Notes: generated by a model not told the origin, from the letters alone. Counted from the stretch's first letter, positions 1-14,366 are shown. The stretch is DNA of 64,000 nt from an uncultured Verrucomicrobiae bacterium (GCA_963828525.1 CAWHEP010000008.1:288001-352000); one strand, 5' to 3'. Made by a program: numbers and translations.

Positions 1-764
1 GCGTCTTTCTTCCTTTCAGCGCGTCCCGCGGCGAGAACGGGTCCCTGCCTTCTGGCGGCGCGGGCGCGATGGAGGTTCATCACCGCATCCCAGCGGACAT
101 CCCGCTTGTAATCAAAGGACCAGTACGCGGGTATGAAAATCATGGTGCCGTGCGGCGTGACGTTTACCGAAAGCTTCATCAGCAACGGAGTATCGCCCTG
201 CACTCCGTAGAGGTTCCAGCGCAGACAGAAGGCGTCGAACACGGCCTGAAACCGCCCGTCTCGCTTCTTCCAGGCGACCGAGAATGGCTCTCGGAGATTG
301 CGCTCAGCGCCCAGGGTTCTGCGGATCACACCCTTGCGGTCGCGATAGCCGTCCACATTCCATAGTTCCTTGATGCGGTTCCACTCGAGATTCAGCGCCG
401 GGTCGGAGGCCACTGCCTTCTCCGAGGCGTCGAATTTTGCCGTCGTCGTGACCAGATCCTCGTAATGACCTCGCTGCACATCGTGTTCATGCCGGGCCAC
501 GACAGCGCGTACCTTTTCGCCCGGAGAAGCAGGCAGCACTTCCAGCAGCAGCCGCATCTCGTCATCAAACAATTTCCCGGTGGAGATTCGCGCGAGGAAC
601 GCCCGGAAAACGTCCTGAATATTGAAGGGCCAGAGGGTAATGGGGACGAACATCCAACGGTAAAGAGGTTCCAGTTCCTTCACCGCTGCATCGCCCTTAA
701 GGCGGCGGATTTCATGGTAGCGCCTGATTTCCGGCTCGCTGTAACTCTCGCCGGTAGAATGCAA
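1..764 (-). CDS. hypothetical protein, runs off the window start (partial)
   Basis: My translation shows a stop-free minus-strand frame from TTG 764 to position 1 (..LYRWMFVPITLWPF..VFDAFCLRWNLYGVQG..TPHGTMIFIPAYWSFDYKRD..). It is absent from the ORF track because the stop lies outside the window. The true start may be ATG 807 with an indel. Confidence 0.7.
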   Translation of the reverse strand, partial: MHSTGESYSEPEIRRYHEIRRLKGDAAVKELEPLYRWMFVPITLWPFNIQDVFRAFLARISTGKLFDDEMRLLLEVLPASPGEKVRAVVARHEHDVQRGHYEDLVTTTAKFDASEKAVASDPALNLEWNRIKELWNVDGYRDRKGVIRRTLGAERNLREPFSVAWKKRDGRFQAVFDAFCLRWNLYGVQGDTPLLMKLSVNVTPHGTMIFIPAYWSFDYKRDVRWDAVMNLHRARAARRQGPVLAAGRAERKKD

Positions 765-919
765 GAGAGCCGAGTCGTTTCAAATCCTCTTGCAGCCGGG
801 ACGCCATCAGGCGGCAACACTATCAACGCGGCGGTGCCCAGACAATGATTGTCACCAATCAATGACGTGGAGACGGCCCCGGCGGCATGAAATGCTGGGA
901 CGTTTCATTACCCAATGCC

Positions 920-1731
920 ATGACGCTGCTTCTCACCTCAGATCTGCATAGGGACGGCACAAAGCTGCTTTGGCTGCTGGATGAGGCTCCAGCGCATGAC
1001 GCGCTGTTCGTCGCAGGCGACTTGCTCGACATGTTCTCCAACGCAGATTTGCCCAGCAGGGCGTAGGCGCGCTCAAATGGCGCGAGGCCGTCCTCGAGGC
1101 CGGGAGATTTTTTGCCTGGTGCAGCGGCAGCCATGATTTCTTCATGGATGATAACACCCCTCTCTCCGGAGCATCGCCTCGCTGGATGAAAAAGGCGCCG
1201 CTCTCCGGCAACTGTGTTACGGACGGAGAGAGCCGGCTTCTCAGCGTCGGCATGGAGAGCATCGCCATTTCGAGCATTCCCTGGCCCCTTCCCAGGGGCA
1301 GGCTGTTTGTGGACGAGAAGCCGACTGCGTATGCGGACATCACGCGAGAGCTTTTGCGGGCGGGCAAAAAGCTCCGCGCGGAGGAGCGGGCGCCATGGCT
1401 GATCCTTTGTCACGAGCCGCCTGGCGGCACGCCTCTCACGGCTGGCTACACGGCCCCCGAAGCCGATTTCACGAGGCGGCTAATCGAGGCCGCCGAGCCG
1501 GATTTCTCGTTGCACGGCCACATACATGACGCGCCGACTTCCACTGGCGGATCCTGGATTTGGCGGATCGGGAAAACTGTCTGCTTTAATGCGGGGCAGT
1601 CCTGCGATGGGCGACTCCCGCGCTACATCCTCCTGCACTGGCGCGGCTACGGCGACTGGAACGCAGTATGGCACGGCGACGGGCGGATTCTGCACGCCGA
1701 TTCGCGGCATTTTAGAGCGGAGCGAGATTGA
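920..1731 (+). CDS. metallophosphoesterase (calcineurin-like), one frameshift near 1050
   Basis: ATG 920 gives MTLLLTSDLH..VAGDLLD, and the next frame continues with GSHD, CHEPP and LHGHIH: the five metallophosphoesterase motifs in order. Confidence 0.85.
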
Positions 1732-1942
1732 ACCGCGCGGGAAGTGTGACACGTGGGGTTGCAAAGAAGTGACATCTTGTCGCTTTGTGGCGTCGGGTAC
1801 TTCCGGACGCCTCGGCGAGGCTTCCCTACCAGTGTTTGCTGTAGGGAACTATGACACTTGTGTCAGCAATCCCGAGATTTCGGCTGAACTTTTCCCGCGC
1901 AGTGGCGTCTAATACGTTATGCGGAACGTAGTCTAGATGGCA

Positions 1943-1958
1943 TGGCATCCAACCTGCT
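1943..1958 (+). promoter_or_regulatory. putative sigma-54 (-24/-12) promoter
   Basis: TGGCAT-CCAAC-CTGCT with GG at 1944-45 and GC at 1956-57 (canonical spacing), about 35 nt upstream of the 62-aa ORF. Confidence 0.6.
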
Positions 1959-1991
1959 TTAGGTGAGATCAGCCAGCAACCAAGGATAAAT

Positions 1992-2180
1992 ATGAACAAT
2001 TCAATGAAGAAGCAGCATCGGAAATCACCACGCAGCTACAGCTTGGGAGATTTGATCATGGCTGTGAGCAGTTACAGCGAGAACAGCCGCGAGACCGTGG
2101 CGGCGGTAGCGGACCTCCTGGAGACCGGCCGAGTTCGGTTTGCCTCCAACGGCCGCAAGATTCGCGCTCGCGTCTGCTAA
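1992..2180 (+). CDS. small basic hypothetical protein
   Basis: 62-aa ORF in otherwise intergenic space, with AAGGA upstream and a sigma-54-like promoter; core SLGDLIMAV..VADLLETGRVRF. Confidence 0.65.
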   Translation: MNNSMKKQHRKSPRSYSLGDLIMAVSSYSENSRETVAAVADLLETGRVRFASNGRKIRARVC

Positions 2181-2238
2181 GCAGACCTCTGGAAGTTTTC
2201 CCTTTTTGAACGGCTGGGAGGCTCGTATCCTCCCGGCT

Positions 2239-3531
2239 GTGATTGAACGTTATTCGCTCCCTGCGATGCGCCGACTGTGGTCGGAGCAACGTAAATACGA
2301 ACTCTGGCTCGAGATCGAGGTGCTTGCCTGCGAAGCTCTCGCCGAAGCTGGTAAAATCCCCGTGTCCGACGCGGAGGTCATCCGCGCCAAGGCGCGATTC
2401 TCGTTGCCAGAGATCGCTGAAATCGAGCTTCGCACGAATCATGATGTCATCGCGTTTCTCGAAAATGTCGCCAGCTACGTAGGCCCGGAGGCCCGTTGGA
2501 TACATCACGGCCTGACGTCCTCAGACGTCCTCGATACCGCGCTCGCGGCGCAGATGAACGAGTCGTGCGGATTGTTGATCGAGGACCTCATGGATTTATG
2601 CCGCGTCGCCGCCAGGCGCGCGGTTGAATTCAAGAAGACTCCGATGATCGGGCGGAGCCATGGCATCCACGCGGAGCCGGTTACCTTCGGTCTGAAGCTG
2701 GCGCTCATGTATGATGAGTTCGGAAGAGCCATTGAGCGTCTGACGGAGGTTCGCGAGCGCGTACGAGTAGGCAAACTTAGCGGGGCGGTAGGCACACACG
2801 CGCATCTGGACCCGGGCGTGGAGAAAAGAGTATGCGAGCGGCTCGGCCTCCTGCCCGCGACCCTTTCCACACAGGTGATCCAGCGAGACCGGCACGCGGA
2901 ATTCATGAGCGCGCTCGCGCTGATCGCCTCCAGCGTGGATCGATGGGCGACCGAGTTCCGGCATCTCCAGCGCACCGAAGTCCTGGAGGTGGAGGAGTAT
3001 TTTCACCCGGGGCAGAAAGGAAGTTCCGCGATGCCTCACAAGCGGAACCCGATCACAGGCGAACGCCTGAGCGGACTCGCCCGCGTTATCCGCGGGAATT
3101 CGGTTGCGGCGCTGGAAAACGTCGCGCTCTGGCATGAACGCGACATCAGCCACAGCAGCGTTGAGAGGATCATCCTTCCCGACTCATGCGCCTTGGTGGA
3201 CTACATGCTCGTGACGTTGAAAAAGCTGGTGGATCGCCTGCTGGTGTATCCGGAGAACATGCTGCGCAATCTGGAAAAGACCCGGGGCCTCTATTTTAGC
3301 CAATCCATACTCCTCAGCCTTACTGAAAAGGGAATGGAGCGAAAAGTGGCGTACGAGGCTGTTCAGAGAGCCGCAATGAAAACGTGGGCTGGAAGCAATA
3401 CATTCCAGGAGAACTTGCGAGAAGAACCACAGATCAGTTCGCACCTTACCGCTGGGGAAATCGAGAGCCTATGCTCGCTGGACATCCACTTTAAGCATGT
3501 GGACGAAACCTTCGAGAGATTAGGTTTGTAG
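2239..3531 (+). CDS. purB: adenylosuccinate lyase
   Basis: GTG start giving (M)IERYS; HDVIAF, HHGLTSSD, GRSHGIHAEP and the GSSAMPHKRNP fumarase-family signature. Confidence 0.97.
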   Translation: MIERYSLPAMRRLWSEQRKYELWLEIEVLACEALAEAGKIPVSDAEVIRAKARFSLPEIAEIELRTNHDVIAFLENVASYVGPEARWIHHGLTSSDVLDTALAAQMNESCGLLIEDLMDLCRVAARRAVEFKKTPMIGRSHGIHAEPVTFGLKLALMYDEFGRAIERLTEVRERVRVGKLSGAVGTHAHLDPGVEKRVCERLGLLPATLSTQVIQRDRHAEFMSALALIASSVDRWATEFRHLQRTEVLEVEEYFHPGQKGSSAMPHKRNPITGERLSGLARVIRGNSVAALENVALWHERDISHSSVERIILPDSCALVDYMLVTLKKLVDRLLVYPENMLRNLEKTRGLYFSQSILLSLTEKGMERKVAYEAVQRAAMKTWAGSNTFQENLREEPQISSHLTAGEIESLCSLDIHFKHVDETFERLGL

Positions 3532-3566
3532 CACGTGATCGCGACGTCCGGCGGGGAGCCCTGCTT

Positions 3567-4370
3567 TCACCGGGGCGCGAGCGCGTCAGCAGTCCCGGGA
3601 TCCGGCAACTCCCAATCACGCCATTTTTTCTTATACTCGGCCCAAGGCAGGAGAGCGTAGCGGGGGCGCTTGTCCGCGCGAAGCCAGGTGATCAGCCGGG
3701 TGAGATCTTCCTCGGCCATGGTTGTGCAACCTGAACTCGGGCGCGAAGGGCCGCGACGGATGTGGATAAAAATGGCGCTCCCGGCCCCCGGAATGGCGGG
3801 ATCTTCGTTATGTTTCACGTCGATGAGCCAGCGGTAAGCAAAATCTTTCTGGCGCATTTTCTCCTTGGAGAACCACGGCGGCGGCGCGGCGGGGTCGATC
3901 ACGACATGGCGGTTGTAATCGGGGGATCGAGGATCATCCACCCAGGCGTCAGCGTCGGTCACCTGATGATATGGATAGTCGCCACCCGGAGGAAGCGCGT
4001 GGTCATAGCCGTAGATTTCTCCCAAGGCGAACACGCCGGCTGGCGCCCGCCAGTCATGCTCTACTTTCCGGAGGCCTGGTTCATTGGTTCCATAAATGCC
4101 CCTGCCCCACGCGAGCCCGTTTTTCCCAAACAAGACCGGGATGGGACTCGAAACGGCCTTCCAGCTTCCTCCCGGGCGCTCGAAACGTTGGAGCTTGCCG
4201 GCGGAAGAACTCCACGCGGGCGCGATACTGAGGATGATTTGCTGGCACCCCGCGTCGCTTGCGCTCGAAGCGCAGGCACATAGCAGAACGAGCATCGCGA
4301 GGAAGAAGCCACAGAGGTTAGTAGCCGAAGACATGGAAACGATACTGGCGGTTTTGCGCATCATCCCCAT
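3567..4370 (-). CDS. L,D-transpeptidase (YkuD-like) family protein
   Basis: Hydrophobic N-terminus with Cys; RAPAGVF and GSAIFIH..SSGC catalytic His/Cys motif. Confidence 0.85.
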   Translation of the reverse strand: MGMMRKTASIVSMSSATNLCGFFLAMLVLLCACASSASDAGCQQIILSIAPAWSSSAGKLQRFERPGGSWKAVSSPIPVLFGKNGLAWGRGIYGTNEPGLRKVEHDWRAPAGVFALGEIYGYDHALPPGGDYPYHQVTDADAWVDDPRSPDYNRHVVIDPAAPPPWFSKEKMRQKDFAYRWLIDVKHNEDPAIPGAGSAIFIHIRRGPSRPSSGCTTMAEEDLTRLITWLRADKRPRYALLPWAEYKKKWRDWELPDPGTADALAPR

Positions 4371-4435
4371 ACTACCGCGCAATAAACAATCGCCAATCAC
4401 TCATTCGTTCGCTCCTCGCCTGCGGCGTTATCACC

Positions 4436-6239
4436 ATGGCTGTCTTTGCCGTGTACTGGCCCGCTGTTCAGAACGGCTTCGTATGGGATGATACCGCGCT
4501 CGTGCTGCGCGATCCGTTTATTCGAAGCTGGCGTCTCGTTCCAGCCGGATTCGGACATTATCTGTTCACAGATGCCACCGCGTCGAACTTCTACCGCCCA
4601 TTGCAGAGGCTGACTTACACGCTCGATTACGCTTTGTATGATTTCCGTCCCGCCGGATACCACCTTACAAATATTCTGCTCCAGGTCGCCGCCGCAATGG
4701 CGCTGTGGCTCTTCGCTCGAAAACTGACGGGCTTTTGGGGAAGTCGAGTCACAGAAGTTTGCGTGTTCCTCGCGTGCGTCGCGTGGGCGATCCATCCCCT
4801 GCACAGCTCGGCTGTGATCTATGTCGCGGGCCGGGCAGACCTGCTGGCAGCAGCGTTTGGTTTTTTCGGTCTTTATCTGGTCGAAACAGCGCTCACGGGA
4901 AAGCGAAAGCTGCTCTGCTGGGGCGGCGCAGCCTTGTGCCTTCTCTGCGCGATGTTGTCCAAGGAAAGCGGGGTGATTTTTCCTTTGATATCGCTCGTCC
5001 TGTTCACTGGGCGCAAATGGGCAGGGCCAAACCAGGCTGCCGAATGGCCTGTCTTTTCCGCGCGTGGCCTCCGGTGGTGGCTGACCGCTCTGTTCCTGGT
5101 GGCATCCTTTTATTGTGCTCTGCGGTTTACGGCATTAGAGATCCCGCCGCCGCCGGGACCGCGCGCGCCGATCGCGGCGCGGCCTCTCCTTGTTGCCCGG
5201 GCGTGGGCGGAGTACACGGGTCTGCTGCTACTGCCCCGGAACTTGCACATGGAGCGGGATCTGATTCCGATCTATGCAGGCGATATGCAAAAAACGGTAG
5301 CGGAAGCGCTGCTGCTGGGAGTTTCAGACGCTGCTCGGCTGCCTCCTGATCGCTGGTTTTATCCTCTGGTGTCGCTGGTCGTGGCGGGAGTTTCCGATGG
5401 CTTTCCGGCTCCTGATGGCATTCGTGGCCGCGTACCTGCCGATCAGCAACCTTTTCTCGCTTAACGCGACGGCCGCCGAACACTGGCTGTACGTTCCAAG
5501 CGCCTTTCTTCTCCTGGCGGCAGCGCTGTCTATCGAACACGCGCTGACGCGCAAACAGGTCGGGCCAGCGCCGATTTTTGCCCTCGCAGCAGGATGGATG
5601 ATCTTTCTGGGCTCCCGCGCCTTCATCCGGAACGCCGACTGGCATGATGATCGACGCTTCCTGGAAAGCGCGATCCGGGATGGGGGGGATTCCGCGCGAA
5701 TGCTCATCAACCTGGGTTCGCTGGAATCTTCCGAAGGGCATTTCGGGCTCGCGATTGAGGACTTCAACAGCGCACTGCGGCGGGCTCCGAACAAGCCCTT
5801 TGCCCGACTCGGGCTCGCGGCAGCCTATATACGCATGCGCGACTTTCCGCATGCCCGCGAACAACTGAACGATCTCTCCCGCGTGGCATTCGTCCGAGCT
5901 GAGTACCTGGATTACATGGCCACGCTGGAGTACCAGGAAAAGGGGGCCGACAGGCTCGACCTGCTGGAAGAAGCGGCCCGGTTGGGATCATGGGCTGCCG
6001 AGAAGCAGTATATCTCGCACCTGGCGGAGCGCGGCGACAAAATGTCCGCGATCAAGGAACTGCAAAGAGTGCTGGAGCGCGAGCCATTCCGGGCGGAGAC
6101 CTGGAAGATGCTGGGGAAACTGCTCGAGCCAAACCGTCCTGACCTGGCAAAAATGGCCTACGGCCAGGCGAGCGAATACGACGCGCATGACGAAGACTCG
6201 CGAGCTGCCCTTGCTTTACTCTCGGGCGGGGTGAGATAA
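4436..6239 (+). CDS. TMTC-like GT-C membrane glycosyltransferase with C-terminal TPRs (frameshift near 5320-5400)
   Basis: FVWDD, YRPL, HPLHSSAVIYVAGRADLL, SKESG, then AEHWLYVPS, RNADW and TPR-like helices in the second frame. Confidence 0.85.
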
Positions 6240-6327
6240 TCGCCTCTCCCATTTATCGGGGCGGCGTTCGTCAATTTTAGCGGGACAAACAGCCGAAAAC
6301 CCCCTCAAACAGGATTCTACCAACTAT

Positions 6328-9667
<3,340 letters not shown>

Positions 9668-9767
9668 GATACAGCCATCGACCCTTCCGGTTGGATGCGC
9701 GGGAAGCGCGCATCGCGGATTGGCAACCTTGTAATGCCCAGCCGAACTGGCTATTGAAAATAGCCAC

Positions 9768-11864
9768 ATGGAATCCGCTTCTTTCTCGCGCCATTCTGGG
9801 AACGAACAGGCGGTGAAACCTTCGCGCTCGCTCCTTGCTTCCGTTTCCTGGTGTCTCGTCGCCTTGCTAGGCGCCGGGAGCCTCGCTGTACTCGCCATCT
9901 CGCGCGGAGAACAGGTGAGCGCGCTATGGATCGTTGTTGCCTCTGTCTGTGTTTTCATGGTGGCGTGGCGCTTCCATTCAGCCTGGCTCACGGCAAAGGT
10001 TCTGACTCTTGATGAAACCCGCGCCACACCGGCGATTCTCCACGAGGACGGCAAGGATTTCGTTCCGACCAACAGATGGGTCGTATTCGGACATCATTTT
10101 GCCGCGATTGCCGGACCGGGCCCGCTGGTCGGCCCTGTCCTGGCAGCGCAGTTTGGCTTCATGCCTGGCCTGCTATGGATGTTGATAGGGGCCACACTGG
10201 GCGGGGCTGTGCATGATTGCCTTATCCTGTTCTGTTCTTTGCGCCGCAGAGGGAAGTCGCTCGGGCAGATGATGGCCGATGAAGTGGGACCTGTCGCGGG
10301 TTTCATCGCGCTCGTCAGCACGGCTGCGATTCTGGTGATCCTCCTCGCGGTTCTGGGACTTGTGGTCGTGAAGGCGCTCGCGGAAAGCGCCTGGGGTCTT
10401 TCAACCATTCTGGCCTCGATCCCTATCGCCCTCGCGATGGGACTGCTGATGCGTAAGACGCGGCTTCATGTCGGCGTCACGAGCCTGCTCGGCATTCTTG
10501 CGCTGCTGCTTTCGGTCGTCGCGGGTCAGTGGATTGCGGGAACGCCTCTCGAACGCTGGTTGACACTGGATGGCAAAACTCTGGCGGTTGGCATCATGAT
10601 CTACGCCATCCTCGTCTCTTCCCTGCCCGTCTGGCTGCTTCTCGCTCCGAGGGATTACCTGTGCTCGTACATGAAGATTGGCGCGGTTGCGCTTTTGGCG
10701 CTCGCAATTGTCATCCTGGCTCCGCGATTGCAAATGCCGGCGCTGACGCGGTTTGTGGATGGCAGCGGCCCAGTGTTCGCGGGACCCGTGTTCCCTTTCT
10801 GCTTCATTACCATCGCCTGCGCGGCGGTATCGGGCTTCCACGCGCTCATCGCCTCCGGCACCACGCCAAAGCTGCTCGCCCGCGAACGCGACATCCGCTT
10901 GATCGGCTACGGAGCCATGATCACTGAGATGCTCGTCGGCATCATGGCGCTGATCGCCGCCTGCGTAATGCAGCCGGGCGAATACTTTGCCATCAACATG
11001 AAGGGGTCAGCCGCGGAAGTTACTGCCGCAGTTACCAACCTGGGCTTTCCCATAACCGAGACCCACATGGCCCAGCTTGCCGCCAGCGTCGGCGAGCATT
11101 CGATGATCGGGAGAACCGGTGGAGCGCCCACCTTCGCGTTAGGCATGGCCCACATGTTTAGCGGCATCTTCCGCAGCCAGACTGCAATGTCGCTCTGGTA
11201 TCACTTCGCAATCATGTTCGAGGCTATGTTCATCCTCACCACCATTGATGCCGGCACGCGCGTCGGAAGGTTTCTCACGCAGGACCTGCTTGGAGCTTTC
11301 TGGAAACCGCTCAAACGCACCGACTGGGCTCCGGGATCAATAGTCGCGGGCGTCCTCTTCGTCGGCGCGTGGGGCTGGTTCCTGTATCAGGGCGTGGCAG
11401 ACCCGTTGGGCGGGATCAATTCTTTGTGGCCGATCTTCGGGATCGCAAACCAGTTGCTTGCTGTCATCGCTCTGTGCCTGGGCACGACAGTGCTTCTCAA
11501 AATGCACGGCGCGCGGTTCATCTGGGTGCCGCTTCTGCCGCTCGCCTGGCTGCTTTCAGTAACCCTGACGGCTGGATGGATGAAGCTCTTCAGTCACAGC
11601 CCGAAGCTCGGATTCCTCAGCGCGGCCGCGGACTTTCGCGGAAAGCTGGCCAGCGGCGGCAGCCCGCTCCAAGTGGCCGCATGGCGAAGCCAGCTCCTGA
11701 ACAGCCAGGTGGACGCGGCGGTCACCGCCATCTTCATACTACTTGTGCTGCTGATCGTCACCTCCTGCGCCCGCGTGTGGTGGCAGCTTCTCGCGCGAAC
11801 CCGCTCGCCCTCGATGAGTGAGGATCCCTACGTCGCTGCAACGCTCACCGAGGCGGCATTCTGA
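9768..11864 (+). CDS. cstA: carbon starvation protein A peptide/pyruvate transporter
   Basis: GHHFAAIAGPGPLVGP, APRDYL, GFHALIASGTTPK, TTIDAGTRVGRF; many TM segments. Confidence 0.95.
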   Translation: MESASFSRHSGNEQAVKPSRSLLASVSWCLVALLGAGSLAVLAISRGEQVSALWIVVASVCVFMVAWRFHSAWLTAKVLTLDETRATPAILHEDGKDFVPTNRWVVFGHHFAAIAGPGPLVGPVLAAQFGFMPGLLWMLIGATLGGAVHDCLILFCSLRRRGKSLGQMMADEVGPVAGFIALVSTAAILVILLAVLGLVVVKALAESAWGLSTILASIPIALAMGLLMRKTRLHVGVTSLLGILALLLSVVAGQWIAGTPLERWLTLDGKTLAVGIMIYAILVSSLPVWLLLAPRDYLCSYMKIGAVALLALAIVILAPRLQMPALTRFVDGSGPVFAGPVFPFCFITIACAAVSGFHALIASGTTPKLLARERDIRLIGYGAMITEMLVGIMALIAACVMQPGEYFAINMKGSAAEVTAAVTNLGFPITETHMAQLAASVGEHSMIGRTGGAPTFALGMAHMFSGIFRSQTAMSLWYHFAIMFEAMFILTTIDAGTRVGRFLTQDLLGAFWKPLKRTDWAPGSIVAGVLFVGAWGWFLYQGVADPLGGINSLWPIFGIANQLLAVIALCLGTTVLLKMHGARFIWVPLLPLAWLLSVTLTAGWMKLFSHSPKLGFLSAAADFRGKLASGGSPLQVAAWRSQLLNSQVDAAVTAIFILLVLLIVTSCARVWWQLLARTRSPSMSEDPYVAATLTEAAF

Positions 11865-11965
11865 GGAGCCATCGCCGTCTCTGGCCGAGGGTATTTTGCC
11901 TTATTGTCCTGGCCGGACTGCCTTTTCTTCGCGCCACCGAATCAGGGAGGCAGGACACTGTATCG

Positions 11966-13324
11966 ATGGGCGCTCCGCCCGCGGTCACCCTCTATAGTCC
12001 AGATCCGCAGCACTTATGGAACCGTCTGTACTCCTCGCTATTTTTGCGTGTGGATGCGGGCGGCAACAGGTTTGGCCCTGATTCACTCGATGTTCTCCTC
12101 TGGACTGACACGAAACATTTACTCACCGAGCCGACTCACGGGCGCGCAATAAGAGTGTTGGAGGAATTTAACGAGACCCACGCCGAGAAGCTGATTGAGT
12201 CTCCCTTGAAGCGAGCCGTCATGCAGCGCGATCTGTGGGCGGCTTACGACTGGACAGCGCGGATTCGATATCTTGCCGGCAAGAACTCCGTTTTGGTCGC
12301 TGCGGTGAGCGAGCTTCAGTCCCGGCTGGCTGCGGTTATGAAGCGCATCGCCCTAACCAGAGAGGAGATCGCCGCGCTGCCTAACAACTACGCCGCCGCG
12401 GTCGTGGGCGGCAAGTTCCCAGCCGAACCTGACCCGTCTCATCCAGAAGCGCCTTTCCTGCCTTCATTGTTCCAGGCACAGAGCCCATGGTCCTGCCTCG
12501 GCGGCGGGGATGACCTACCGCTGGCGCTTCAGCATTCAAATGGATGCTCTCACCGCGCGGCTTTTCTCGTCTTCATACGACTGCCCGGTGGCAAGGCGAC
12601 GCTGCCCGCTTACCTGGAAGCGATCAGGAAATGTGTTCCTTACATCCCGGATCCGCATCCGGCGCGTCGCCGCTTTGGGGGCTTGGAGCCGATGAAACCA
12701 AACCCCGCCATGCCACAGATTCCCGCAGGCACTATGGTCGCCCTGATTCGCCAGATGCTCCTCATCGACAATGAGGGCCGCCCGACTGCCTCGCCTCTTA
12801 CGGAAAGCGCGCAACTCCGCGTCTATCGGCAGATCGTCGATGACCAGTCCGATTTCGACGGAGTACACGCGCAGTCCTTCTATGAATTCCTTATGGATCG
12901 AAAGGAACTATTCGCAAATGTTTCCGGCGGGCTGCGCGCCGTGGGAGAAGAAAACCGTGAGTTCGGATTTGGACCCGAGGTAGAGTTGACAGGCAGCGAC
13001 CCCTTCGACTCTGCCCAAGCCATAGAGGCGCCACGGCCGCGCCCACTTCAGAATTGTCTCATGTGCCACCGCGCGCCTGGTGTCTATTCGGTTAACAGCA
13101 TCGTTTCTCTGTTTAGTCGCAACAATCCCACGGCGTTGCAACTGCTCCATGTCACGAGCCCTGATGACGAACGGGAAAAGACCGTGAAGCATAAGTCGCA
13201 GTGGTTCCCGTTAACTGGGGCAACCCCGTTTGCGAATTCGGCCTTTGGTGGCATCTTTCCAAGTGCGAGCGACTCGTTATTTTCTGGTCTGCCTCCTGGC
13301 GGCCATGTCGATCGGGCGCGCTGA
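11966..13324 (+). CDS. secreted hypothetical protein with one CxxCH motif
   Basis: Long ORF containing CLMCH. The in-frame upstream sequence (RRLWPRVFCLIVLAGLPFLRA) looks like a signal peptide. The C-terminus overlaps the next gene, so a terminal indel is possible. Confidence 0.65.
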   Translation: MGAPPAVTLYSPDPQHLWNRLYSSLFLRVDAGGNRFGPDSLDVLLWTDTKHLLTEPTHGRAIRVLEEFNETHAEKLIESPLKRAVMQRDLWAAYDWTARIRYLAGKNSVLVAAVSELQSRLAAVMKRIALTREEIAALPNNYAAAVVGGKFPAEPDPSHPEAPFLPSLFQAQSPWSCLGGGDDLPLALQHSNGCSHRAAFLVFIRLPGGKATLPAYLEAIRKCVPYIPDPHPARRRFGGLEPMKPNPAMPQIPAGTMVALIRQMLLIDNEGRPTASPLTESAQLRVYRQIVDDQSDFDGVHAQSFYEFLMDRKELFANVSGGLRAVGEENREFGFGPEVELTGSDPFDSAQAIEAPRPRPLQNCLMCHRAPGVYSVNSIVSLFSRNNPTALQLLHVTSPDDEREKTVKHKSQWFPLTGATPFANSAFGGIFPSASDSLFSGLPPGGHVDRAR

Positions 13325-14366
13325 GGATTGGAAACTCTACCGCTTCGAAGGCCGGGACTACGTCTCCCTGGACAATCTGGAGTCGTTCTATTCTTTCCCC
13401 CAGCAGGTGGTGCCGATTGCGAATAAAATCGCTGTCGATTCCGGTAAATCGCAGATCGAGTTCACTTTGAACAGCCGCGAGATCAATATAAACGGCGTCA
13501 CGCAGTGGCTCGGCTTTCCTTTGCGCTCCCAAGACGGGAAGATTCTGATTTCGCGCCTGGATCTAGCGAAGGTCGTTGAACCCATGCTGCGTCCAGAGAT
13601 GATCCAGGGCATGCAGCCTGTGAGGAACGTGGTCCTCGATCCCGGCCATGGGGGCTATGATAAAGGCGCTCTCAGCGCCTACGGTTGCGAGAAAGATTTC
13701 AGCCTGGACGTCTGTCGCCGAGCCAAAGAGAAGCTCGAAGAGGAAGGGTTCCGCGTGTTTCTTACCCGGGACAGCGACGTATTCATTCCGCTCGAGGAAA
13801 GGCCCGTGGCCGCAAATCGAATGTCCAACTCGATCTTTGTGAGTGTTCACTTTAATTCCTCTTCTGAGAATGGCTCCGCCAGCGGCTTTGAAGTCTTTTC
13901 TCTGACGCCCCGTGGAGCGCCCTCCACGGCTGACCAAAACCTCTCCATCCGCGATCTTCGCAGTGAGCCCGGCAACCCCGTTGATGTCCAGAGCGCCGCC
14001 CTCGCCGGGAGCGTTTACCACTCGCTGCTTGGCAATATCCCGCAGGTGGATCGCGGCGTGAAGCGGGCCCGATTTGCGGTTATCCGGCTGGCGACTGTCC
14101 CCTCCATCCTCGTCGAGGGAGGTTTTCTTTCAAATCCGGGAGATGCTTTGCTCATCGCAAACGCTTCGTGGCGCGAGAAGCTGGCAGATGCCATCGTGAC
14201 AGGCATAGGGAATTACAAAAGGCTTGCCGAAGAAAAGCTGCCTCCGAAACTCGTCGCGGACTACCGCCGCGCCCTGCCCAGCAGCATCACGCTCCGGGAC
14301 GCCCCCACTGTTCTTACAAACGCAAAGGCAACTCCGCAGGTGATGATCTCACCGCGCGACCCTTGA
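13230..14366 (+). CDS. N-acetylmuramoyl-L-alanine amidase (Amidase_3)
   Basis: VVLDPGHGG, EK, FVSVHFN, SILVEGGF zinc-amidase motifs; signal-like N-terminus. Confidence 0.93.
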   Translation: MRIRPLVASFQVRATRYFLVCLLAAMSIGRAEDWKLYRFEGRDYVSLDNLESFYSFPQQVVPIANKIAVDSGKSQIEFTLNSREININGVTQWLGFPLRSQDGKILISRLDLAKVVEPMLRPEMIQGMQPVRNVVLDPGHGGYDKGALSAYGCEKDFSLDVCRRAKEKLEEEGFRVFLTRDSDVFIPLEERPVAANRMSNSIFVSVHFNSSSENGSASGFEVFSLTPRGAPSTADQNLSIRDLRSEPGNPVDVQSAALAGSVYHSLLGNIPQVDRGVKRARFAVIRLATVPSILVEGGFLSNPGDALLIANASWREKLADAIVTGIGNYKRLAEEKLPPKLVADYRRALPSSITLRDAPTVLTNAKATPQVMISPRDP

